DNA of 64,000 nt from Plasmodiophora brassicae (taxonomy: Eukaryota): positions 310,001 to 374,000 of the forward strand of contig CP145417.1 of NCBI GenBank assembly GCA_036867785.1, in the 5' to 3' direction. Numbering within the stretch: the stretch's first letter is position 1; each line of letters begins with the position of its first letter. Below are positions 63,970 to 64,000 of this stretch, one piece after another. Below the pieces are notes generated by a model that saw only the letters and a program-made list of their open reading frames with translations, was not told the DNA's origin and did not search any database. The translations under genes and the position numbers were made by a program.

Positions 63970-64000
63970 CGTCGTCGCCGCCGCGTCCCGATCGCCGCCC

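Overview
Eukaryotic, gene-dense, GC-rich DNA with many short (about 45-70 nt) spliceosomal introns, so most genes are split across several ORFs in the supplied track. The flagellar gene, compact spacing and secreted kinase and ankyrin genes fit a flagellated protist parasite; a phytomyxid such as Plasmodiophora brassicae is my unverified guess. About 26 protein genes are supported. They include LDH, CFAP44, a VWD-C8 mucin-like membrane protein, ATG3, a Jagunal homologue, a class IV aminotransferase, a 7TM-RGS protein, two tandem signal-peptide kinases, an AIM24-family protein, a possible XRCC4/PAXX-like protein, a bacterial-type PEP synthase with about 14 introns, a head-to-head pair of TRP-like channels, TONSL, a secreted ankyrin protein, an Emi1/DUF3128 protein, AMSH, two MscS-like channels, a FAB1/PIKfyve-like kinase and an LRR protein. 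The most unusual signals are three fold-back structures: a near-perfect 180-bp inverted repeat (2345-2827), a degenerate inverted repeat (about 37585-38330), and a long G-U-compatible hairpin filling an oversized intron (59418-59576). Gene boundaries were spliced by eye and family calls rest on remembered motifs, not database searches. I found no rRNA, tRNA, CRISPR array or transposase.
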